The notes beneath the pieces are model-generated. The model did no database searches, was not told the origin of the DNA, and saw only the letters and a list, made by a program, of their open reading frames with translations. From a virus (taxonomy: Duplodnaviria; Heunggongvirae; Uroviricota; Caudoviricetes), in the IMG/VR virus record IMGVR_UViG_2778261673_000005: DNA of 5,228 nt, one strand, 5' to 3'. This document shows, piece by piece, positions 1 through 5,228 of this stretch. Position numbers and translations under genes: made by a program. Each line of letters starts with the position of its first letter. The first letter of the stretch is position 1.

Positions 1-50
1 AGCTGATAGAAACAGAAGCCACTGGAGCACCTCAAAAACACCATCATACA

Positions 51-332
51 CTAAATCAGTAAGTTGGCAGCATCACCCGCCGTGCCATCCTGAGAGAATT
101 CCATATGCAACCTGCATTTTTTCCCTTTCCAGTTATGCGGCTCATCAAGTTTGGCATTAATTGCAGCTCTGATTCCCCGCGCTTGCGCCCCCCATTCATC
201 CTGATCATCCCAGCGTCCTGAACTGCAACTACCTGTAGCAGTAGTTTTGTGGCAATCTGAAGGGTGTAAAGGTGTGCATCCCGCAACAAAACCGACCCAA
301 AAAGTCAACATAACGATTTTCTTTAATCCCAC
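51..332 (-). CDS. Small lipoprotein with partial TolA C-terminal-domain-like sequence (truncated paralog of the 483-911 gene)
   Basis: 93-aa ORF with GTG start at 332 preceded by GAGGAG about 6 nt upstream. N-terminus MGLKKIVMLTFWVGFVAGC has a hydrophobic signal segment and lipobox VAGC. C-terminal ARGIRAAINAKLDEPHNWKGKKCRLHMEFSQDG aligns by eye with AHQIKSAIEKQFGDASKYSGKECTLRMHMAPNG of the neighbouring ORF, but the protein ends before the rest of the domain. Confidence 0.55.
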   Translation of the reverse strand: MGLKKIVMLTFWVGFVAGCTPLHPSDCHKTTATGSCSSGRWDDQDEWGAQARGIRAAINAKLDEPHNWKGKKCRLHMEFSQDGTAGDAANLLI

Positions 333-482
333 TTCTTGCTCCTCAATCCATTAAAATCTCAGCAATAGTAGTTGTTACGTCCGCCACTGGCTCAGAGCTG
401 ACTATCCGCTAAATTTAGCTCAGTGCCGTAGCTGTGTCAGAACAAACCTAAGCCGAAACCGTTTATTACAAAACAATAAATA

Positions 483-911
483 TCAGGGTTTAAAATCCAG
501 CACCCCATTTTGAAATACTTTATATACTTCCGGCGAAGGGGGGGCAGGTATATCAGCATTCTTTATCGCATTCATCGCTTCACGACATAAATCGAGGTCT
601 CCACTTTCTCTTTTAACCTCCAGTAGAAGGCCATTCGGGGCCATATGCATTCTCAGTGTACACTCTTTTCCTGAATACTTACTCGCATCCCCGAACTGTT
701 TTTCGATGGCGCTCTTGATTTGATGGGCATACAGACGGATATCCTCACTAACATCAGAAGTACGTTCAGATGAACTCACATACTGTGTCTCTATTGCTTT
801 ATCGGAGTAATATGATGTACGGTCATGATAATTTGTCGATACAGCATCAGTGCACCCGATAATAATCCCACTAATAATCAACGTAAGAATTGATGCGCTA
901 CGAAAACCCAT
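483..911 (-). CDS. Lipoprotein carrying a TolA C-terminal (domain III)-like domain
   Basis: 142-aa ORF, ATG at 911 with GAGGA just upstream. Signal peptide plus lipobox (LIISGIIIGC). C-terminal ~85 aa (QIKSAIEKQFGDASKYSGKECTLRMHMAPNGLLLEVKRESGDLDLCREAMNAIKNADIPAPPSPEVYKVFQNGVLDFKP) closely resembles the C-terminal domain of E. coli TolA as recalled from memory, including the terminal FKP. Confidence 0.75.
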   Translation of the reverse strand: MGFRSASILTLIISGIIIGCTDAVSTNYHDRTSYYSDKAIETQYVSSSERTSDVSEDIRLYAHQIKSAIEKQFGDASKYSGKECTLRMHMAPNGLLLEVKRESGDLDLCREAMNAIKNADIPAPPSPEVYKVFQNGVLDFKP

Positions 912-940
912 TTTTCCTCACATATGTCATATAGTAAAGG

Positions 941-970
941 ATTATATATACCGTTGTTTTGGACGCTCAA
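941..970 (-). promoter_or_regulatory. Candidate sigma70 promoter for the TolA-like lipoprotein gene(s)
   Basis: On the minus strand: -35 TTGAGC (965-970), 18-bp spacer, -10 TATAAT (941-946), about 25-30 nt upstream of the ATG at 911. Sequence-only prediction. Confidence 0.4.
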
Positions 971-1112
971 ACAGCGAATCAGATCAAATAAAACGCACAT
1001 TTGTTAACATTTACACAAAGTCTGCGTGGGATATTCTGAAAGAATATCCATAATGTGGAGAGAATCTATTGAAGTGCATGGTGCCGGGTGCCTCCCGGTG
1101 AACAAAATGTTC

Positions 1113-1151
1113 GTGATACCTGTCGGCGACAGAAAAGGTTAATGGTATCAC
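1113..1151. repeat. Nested inverted repeats (possible protein-binding site or RNA structure)
   Basis: Outer 8-bp perfect inverted repeat GTGATACC (1113-1120) / GGTATCAC (1144-1151). It encloses the palindrome CTGTC-GGC-GACAG (1120-1132). A further short stem CCGGG/CCCGG lies at 1084-1098. Confidence 0.45.
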
Positions 1152-1508
1152 CCCACCGCACAGGGGGATTCACCATGCAGGAGTTTTCTTAGCAAACTCA
1201 CTGCGCGCCCGGCAACTCCCAACCACATAAAATGCGGAGTTTGTGGCATTTATGCATATAACTCGCAGGAATTATCTTAAAAAACTGATGTCGATCCGGA
1301 TTAAAAAGAAGCAGGTCATCATCAGATGACTGGAAAAAAGGAAAACAAAAAATACTCATCATACAGTTTTGATTGCAGGGATGAGCCTGCTATGCACAAT
1401 ATGCAGAATATAAGCAAGATAAAAATATGCAGGCATATTATTTCGGATTTTGTTATTAACACAACCTTTTTAATAATCATTTGGCATACAATAAACCAGC
1501 CCAGAAAG

Positions 1509-1528
1509 AACCGCCTAAACAGGCGGTT
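1509..1528. repeat. Perfect 8-bp stem, 4-nt loop hairpin
   Basis: AACCGCCT (1509-1516), loop AAAC, AGGCGGTT (1521-1528). On the minus strand it is followed by CTTTCT, so it could be a weak terminator or RNA element. Function unknown. Confidence 0.35.
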
Positions 1529-1772
1529 GGTCAATACAAAGGATGCTTCGTCTTTATTATAGTAATCTGAGGCGTCGGGTGTCTTGTATCAGACAACATA
1601 TTGTCCCGCTAAACAGCGAATTACAAACCACCCTGCAATGATCTCTCATCTCATTTTATATGAGTTGACGACATCAGGATAACGCATCATCAGCCCCTGC
1701 CAAGAAATATCAAAACTCCCGCCAGCAATGTGTTATCACAATATTGTAAAAAAAACACAGCACCGAAACTAT

Positions 1773-1811
1773 AACTGGTCTCTGTTATAATTTGGAGCAG
1801 AAAGACCAGTT
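1773..1811. repeat. 9-bp stem hairpin with 21-nt AT-rich loop
   Basis: AACTGGTCT (1773-1781) pairs with AGACCAGTT (1803-1811). The loop contains TATAAT. It lies about 35 bp from the symmetric terminator. Confidence 0.35.
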
Positions 1812-1845
1812 GCCCAACTAGCAGCATTCTCCCCTGCTTTCCTGA

Positions 1846-1878
1846 CGTAAAAAAACCGCATTAAGCGGTTTTTTTACG
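1846..1878. terminator. Symmetric (bidirectional) rho-independent terminator-like hairpin downstream of the Q-like gene
   Basis: Perfect 14-nt inverted repeat CGTAAAAAAACCGC (1846-1859) / GCGGTTTTTTTACG (1865-1878) with a 5-nt loop. GC core CCGC/GCGG is flanked by an A7 run on one side and a T7 run on the other, so either strand reads stem followed by a U-tract. Confidence 0.5.
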
Positions 1879-1955
1879 ATGTCCATGTCTGCAATCCGCC
1901 TCGCGATACAGCTTTGCGAAGCATAGCAAAATTGAAGCAGTTTATACGTAAGAAA

Positions 1956-2498
1956 TCAAGCCATTTTCTCAGCAAATGATTCACGCATGGGAATATATAG
2001 GGCATACTCAGCAACAGCTAACCAATTAGCAATCCGTTTTTCGCATGTGCTAAAACACCACTCTGGGTGTGCATCATTTAGCAATTCAGCCATTTTGCGC
2101 TTAGTCATCCCCCGCCCTTCATAGCGTTGCCGGAGAATGCAAATCAATCCTGGATGCTCTGCCAGCACCTCACTTATGACTCGATCAATACATAACGCCT
2201 CTGCATCAGTACAATGCGCCAGCCAGCTCTTTTGCTTGCCGTTGATCATCTCTCGCAAAAACGCTTCCAGCTCAGCTTTCTCTATTCCCGCTTTTTTCAT
2301 TCTGCGCAGGGCTTCATTAATGGCTGTTTTCGTCAGTTTTTTGGATGCCAACAACTGATTGAACATATTCCCTGACCTGCCACCGCCAATATACGACCAG
2401 CGCCCCCACATACGTAGTTTTCCCTGAATCCAGACACTTTCCAGCGTGGTGAGGCGAAGGTGTTCTCCGCTTTTTCCTGTATTCGTTGGGTAAATCAT
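1956..2498 (-). CDS. Putative late-gene antitermination protein, phage-82-type Q-like
   Basis: 180-aa ORF directly downstream of the nin-like genes and upstream of a terminator. Start overlaps the preceding gene stop in ATGA (2495-2498). Motifs LRMWGRW and CTDAEALCI resemble, from memory, the WG-W and Cys-rich signatures of phage-82-family Q proteins. Not verified by search. Confidence 0.55.
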   Translation of the reverse strand: MIYPTNTGKSGEHLRLTTLESVWIQGKLRMWGRWSYIGGGRSGNMFNQLLASKKLTKTAINEALRRMKKAGIEKAELEAFLREMINGKQKSWLAHCTDAEALCIDRVISEVLAEHPGLICILRQRYEGRGMTKRKMAELLNDAHPEWCFSTCEKRIANWLAVAEYALYIPMRESFAEKMA

Positions 2499-2785
2499 AA
2501 ATGACCTTTCTTTCTCCAGATTTCTTGTGTGCGAAAAACCCCTTCAGCATGCATCAGGCGCAATTCTTCTTTGGTGTAATCGCTGGTTTTTACCCGCCCG
2601 TCGATTAGATCGTGGCATGAGCTACAGGCTATCGCCGCCTGCATATCGTGTGGTTTTGTCGCTGTTCCGCACGTCCCCGCCAGCCTGTAATGCGCCAGCA
2701 CAGAGGTTTCGGGATTGTGATTGCAGTAGCCAGGGATTCTGATCTGGCACATCTGGCCTTTAGCCGCTTTACGTAAATTCACCAT
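2495..2785 (-). CDS. YbcO-like DUF1364 family phage protein (putative nuclease) of the nin region
   Basis: 96-aa ORF. LRKAAKGQMCQIRIPGYCNHNPETSVLAHYRLAGTCGTATKP...IACSSCHD matches the Cys/His-rich pattern of E. coli prophage YbcO (DUF1364) as recalled. Start ATG overlaps the upstream stop (TAATG at 2783-2787). Confidence 0.75.
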   Translation of the reverse strand: MVNLRKAAKGQMCQIRIPGYCNHNPETSVLAHYRLAGTCGTATKPHDMQAAIACSSCHDLIDGRVKTSDYTKEELRLMHAEGVFRTQEIWRKKGHL

Positions 2786-3384
2786 TACGCAAACTCCAGT
2801 AGTTGTGCGGCCACATTTTCAACTTCCTCCTGAGAGGAGAATTTACGGAACAGAATCCAGTTCCACAGCACATTCAGTACAGATTTATAAACCTGCTGAA
2901 ACTCGACTTCGTCCATATTCGCAAAAGCGATGGATTTTGCCCGACGCCCACGGCTACCGTCCGGATAAATATGCTCGGTGTAAAATCCGGCCTGAATGGT
3001 TACCCACTCGCGGAAAGCCTCAAACGACTTTAGCAACGCCGTATCCCGGGTTCTACGAGTCGCAACGGTGTTAAGGTATTGCTCTGCGGCATCACTCAGG
3101 GCTGATGTGTGTTCCCGACCAACTGATTCGCACAGGTAATCCACGAAACCAGACAGCAGTTCTCGTTCGCGAGGCGTGATCGCCCCACCGACCGGAGTCC
3201 AGTAATCGAATCCCAGTTGCAGGAGTTTGAAAAAACGCTTGTGGAATGCGTAGTTACGCACACGCTTAAAGTCTGCGTGTATCCACTCACCTATTTTGAT
3301 TTGATGCAGAAAATCGCAACTCTCCGGCGTCGCCGGGAGAAGTAAACCAGAAGAGGTTTGTTTGACCAGTTGTATATGCGCCAT
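2785..3384 (-). CDS. DUF1367-like lambdoid phage nin-region protein
   Basis: 199-aa ORF with GC-rich, host-like codon composition. Its size and its position immediately upstream of a DUF1364-like gene and Q match the DUF1367-DUF1364-Q neighbourhood recalled from enterobacterial prophages. Family assignment is from memory only. Confidence 0.6.
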   Translation of the reverse strand: MAHIQLVKQTSSGLLLPATPESCDFLHQIKIGEWIHADFKRVRNYAFHKRFFKLLQLGFDYWTPVGGAITPRERELLSGFVDYLCESVGREHTSALSDAAEQYLNTVATRRTRDTALLKSFEAFREWVTIQAGFYTEHIYPDGSRGRRAKSIAFANMDEVEFQQVYKSVLNVLWNWILFRKFSSQEEVENVAAQLLEFA

Positions 3385-3442
3385 TTCTCAATCTCTCGAT
3401 GGCGCAGTGCAGCAGATGCCAGTTGTTCAGGCTGACGTATAA

Positions 3443-3470
3443 AGTATAAATAAACTGGTTCCAGTGTAAA
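3443..3470 (-). promoter_or_regulatory. Candidate sigma70 promoter for the nin-like/Q operon
   Basis: On the minus strand: -35 TTTACA (3465-3470), 16-bp spacer, -10 TATACT (3443-3448), about 55 nt upstream of the ATG at 3384. It lies downstream of the terminator that ends the S8 gene. Sequence-only prediction in AT-rich DNA. Confidence 0.35.
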
Positions 3471-3506
3471 GCCCCCACATTGATGGAATAAAAATCAAAC
3501 AATAGA

Positions 3507-3536
3507 TTGCTGGGATAAAAATACAACGCTTATTAT
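3507..3536 (+). promoter_or_regulatory. Candidate promoter for the small hydrophobic ORF
   Basis: -35 TTGCTG (3507-3512), 18-bp spacer, -10 TATTAT (3531-3536). This would give a leader of roughly 115 nt before the ATG at 3659. Weak prediction; other hexamer pairs in this AT-rich region are possible. Confidence 0.2.
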
Positions 3537-3658
3537 TAAAGCGGTTAGACAAATTAAATTTTAATGTTATGCAAATCTGCCAGATTAGCATAATATCTCA
3601 TTTGAAAACCGCTGAAATAACAATCTTATCAGGATTAATCATATTAAGGTGAGTAAAT

Positions 3659-3745
3659 ATGGAAAACAACAAATCTGCACATTACGCTCCTTTTTTATCT
3701 GTAATACTTTTTGTATTTTGTTGTGTATGGGCGGTATTTTTATAA
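3659..3745 (+). CDS. Unlisted small ORF encoding a 28-aa hydrophobic peptide (candidate small membrane protein or toxin-like peptide)
   Basis: ATG at 3659 preceded by AAGGTGA (3646-3652) with 6-nt spacing. Translation is MENNKSAHYAPFLSVILFVFCCVWAVFL, stop TAA at 3743-3745: a polar N-terminus followed by one 17-residue hydrophobic segment. It is followed 14 nt later by the strong hairpin at 3759-3792. Absent from the ORF track, presumably because of a length cutoff. Confidence 0.45.
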   Translation: MENNKSAHYAPFLSVILFVFCCVWAVFL

Positions 3746-3758
3746 AACACACCCACAA

Positions 3759-3792
3759 ATAAATCAAACCCGCTACAGCGGGTTTGATTTAT
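3759..3792. terminator. Strong hairpin terminator between the convergent small ORF (+) and S8 peptidase gene (-)
   Basis: 15-bp perfect stem 3759-3773 / 3778-3792 (core AAATCAAACCCGC / GCGGGTTTGATTT) with 4-nt loop TACA. It lies 7 nt beyond the S8 stop on the minus strand and 14 nt beyond the small-ORF stop on the plus strand. T-rich flanks on both sides but no clean U-run. Confidence 0.55.
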
Positions 3793-3799
3793 ATAGTTG

Positions 3800-5167
3800 T
3801 TATACGGAAACTGGCACACGAGCAGGCAATGGATAGTGAGCCCAGTTATTAGCATTTAAAGCTCTTACACCATCAGCATAAACTTGTGTGTTTCCATCTA
3901 ATGATTTTAAAGTTACTACAATAGTTACAGGTAAAGGCTCCATTAAGGCCGGTTCATTCGCTCTCAACGTTGTTTTAGCCTGAAGAGCCCAGTTACCCGA
4001 AGTAATTCCTTTATTAAATGCCTTGCGATGAATTTTTACTGGTGACCACTTTCCACCATGCTCAATTTGAGCTCTCTCATATCCAGATTGACCGTTTTCT
4101 CCTTCCATAGGCACTTTTCCTTTTATAGTATTATTCTCAATTAAGCCAAAACTTAGCTCTACGTTCGCGCGAACATATTCACTGCCGGCATTAGGGTTTA
4201 GTGGTGGTGCATATGCAGCAGTAATTACAATCTCACCTTTAAATTTTCCATTTTGAATAAGTGCCGATGGTATGGGATAGTTTTCCTTTCTCCACCTCAC
4301 CCCAGGAACCAAGAATGTTTGGAAAATCAGAGTAAACCTATCATCACTATCATATAAGGTCTCAATAACCTCATTAGGAATTCCCGCTCCCAAATAGCGT
4401 CTTTCACTTGGCGAGTAATCAGGAGAAGATAATTGAGCGGAATGAATTAATAATGCTTTAATCAATGATGGTGAAACATTAAAGTCTGAATTAGTGGCTA
4501 TTCTCTGCCATGTATGCGCAGCTAAACTTGCCACAATTGGAGCAGCAAAACTAGTACCAAAATTAGAGCAAAGCCTATTATCTGGCCCTACGACCTTTAA
4601 ACTGCTTGCTCCTACATTCCAAGGTCTATGAACCCCACCGCCAGCATGGATTATATCTGGCTTTGGAGTAAATACAGGCCCAGGGCCACGACGAGTATAT
4701 GGTGTCGGTGTTCCAATTTCACTTAAAGCATCATTAGCTTCCATATGAGAAACTGAACCAACTGTTAGTGCTCGGACTGACTCTCCAGGAGAGGAAATTA
4801 AATCAGCACCTCCAAGCGGATCAGGATTTGGCCATGTACGTATAGGTTCATCTACATAATTACCTGCAGCAACTACAAACAAAATACCAAATTTATCGCT
4901 GAGCCGATCTAACTCCATCGCAAAATCACTAAACATCTGCTCATTACATGGTCCGCCTCCCAAAGACAAATTCCAGACTTTTATATCTGGTCTTTTATTT
5001 ACAGCATCTGCTAGCCTCAGAATTAAATCTGATATATAAGATCCATTTTCATCTAAAGCACAAACATCATGGATTTTAGATTTTGTATCAGGAATCCATG
5101 GATGATTGTCATTTAAAAAATGAGCGCCTGATATCAATGAAGACACCATAGTGATCTTACCCAGCAA
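3800..5167 (-). CDS. S8 family (subtilisin-like) serine peptidase homolog with uncharacterised C-terminal extension; N-terminal catalytic motifs not recognisable (possibly truncated or inactive)
   Basis: 455-aa ORF. Contains S8 hallmarks GTSFAAP (catalytic Ser motif), VVAAGN (oxyanion-hole Asn motif) and NLSLGGG, in subtilisin-like order and spacing. No D-[ST]-G Asp motif or canonical HGT His motif precedes them. The first in-frame start is TTG at 5167 with no clear SD; alternative ATG at 5149. An in-frame TGA lies at 5198-5200. About 200 C-terminal residues have no family I can recognise. GC content is visibly lower than the nin block. Confidence 0.7.
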   Translation of the reverse strand: MLGKITMVSSLISGAHFLNDNHPWIPDTKSKIHDVCALDENGSYISDLILRLADAVNKRPDIKVWNLSLGGGPCNEQMFSDFAMELDRLSDKFGILFVVAAGNYVDEPIRTWPNPDPLGGADLISSPGESVRALTVGSVSHMEANDALSEIGTPTPYTRRGPGPVFTPKPDIIHAGGGVHRPWNVGASSLKVVGPDNRLCSNFGTSFAAPIVASLAAHTWQRIATNSDFNVSPSLIKALLIHSAQLSSPDYSPSERRYLGAGIPNEVIETLYDSDDRFTLIFQTFLVPGVRWRKENYPIPSALIQNGKFKGEIVITAAYAPPLNPNAGSEYVRANVELSFGLIENNTIKGKVPMEGENGQSGYERAQIEHGGKWSPVKIHRKAFNKGITSGNWALQAKTTLRANEPALMEPLPVTIVVTLKSLDGNTQVYADGVRALNANNWAHYPLPARVPVSV

Positions 5168-5216
5168 TAGTGGACACGCGGCTAAGTGAGTAAACTCTCA
5201 GTCAGAGGTGACTCAC

Positions 5217-5228
5217 ATGACAAAAACA
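5217..5228 (+). CDS. Probable start of a rightward gene running out of the window (product unknown)
   Basis: ATG at 5217 (ATG ACA AAA ACA = MTKT) preceded by AGAGGTGA (5204-5211) with 5-nt spacing. Only four codons are visible. Confidence 0.25.

Noticed and set aside
56-289. 77-aa minus-strand ORF overlapping the 51-332 lipoprotein gene in another frame
   Set aside because: Shadow ORF entirely inside a gene that has a signal peptide, lipobox, RBS and recognisable domain; no independent support.
416-434. tRNA-like D-arm sequence TAGCTCAGTGCCGTAGCTG
   Set aside because: Resembles the tRNA D-stem/loop consensus, but no anticodon stem or T-arm (GGTTCGANTCC) follows. Considered a chance resemblance or at most a decayed fragment.
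850-1053. 67-aa plus-strand ORF
   Set aside because: Overlaps the start and promoter region of the TolA-like lipoprotein gene on the opposite strand; AT-rich, no RBS, no recognisable motif.
1164-1192. Mini-ORF ATG CAG GAG TTT TCT TAG (MQEFS) preceded by GGGGGA
   Set aside because: Only 5 codons. Could in principle be a leader peptide, but there is no downstream gene in frame or nearby on this strand to regulate.
1322-1562. Overlapping 70-aa (minus) and 78-aa (plus) ORFs in the non-coding region
   Set aside because: Mutually exclusive antisense ORFs in AT-rich sequence with low-complexity translations and no convincing RBS; more likely chance open frames. The embedded hairpin at 1509-1528 is reported separately.
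2137-2742. ORFs 2137-2358 (+), 2317-2550 (-) and 2527-2742 (+)
   Set aside because: All lie within or antisense to the Q-like and YbcO-like genes, which have family-level motif support; typical shadow frames in GC-richer coding DNA.
2803-3526. ORFs 2803-3033 (+), 2805-3074 (+), 3096-3290 (-) and 3287-3526 (-)
   Set aside because: Overlap the DUF1367-like gene in other frames or on the opposite strand; 3287-3526 would run through the predicted promoter region. None has an RBS or recognisable features.
1-5228. Search for CRISPR repeats, IS element terminal inverted repeats with transposase, integrase or att sites, and rRNA or tRNA genes
   Set aside because: No regularly spaced direct repeats, no transposase-like or integrase-like ORF and no complete tRNA structure were seen. 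Long direct repeats could have been missed by eye.

Overview
This window reads as a mosaic piece of a lambdoid-type prophage from an enterobacterial host. All supported genes are on the minus strand except one small ORF and a gene start at the right edge. The core is a translationally coupled nin-region/late-regulator block (DUF1367-like, YbcO/DUF1364-like, phage-82-type Q antiterminator-like; 3384 down to 1956, roughly 50-58% GC by eye) ending at a symmetric terminator (1846-1878). Upstream sits low-GC cargo (about 37-42% GC by eye): an S8 subtilisin-like peptidase homolog (3800-5167) with a ~200-aa uncharacterised C-terminal extension and no recognisable N-terminal Asp/His catalytic motifs, a strong hairpin terminator (3759-3792), and an unlisted 28-codon hydrophobic ORF with a strong RBS (3659-3745, +). 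Downstream of Q, where a lysis cassette would be expected, there is ~0.9 kb of apparently non-coding, structured DNA, then two tandem lipoproteins with TolA C-terminal (domain III)-like sequence (483-911 full length, 51-332 truncated paralog). No rRNA, tRNA, CRISPR array, IS element or integrase was recognised. The best candidates for an undescribed system are the S8-peptidase/small-ORF cargo module and the TolA-domain lipoprotein pair. All functional assignments are from by-eye motif recognition and were not confirmed by any search.
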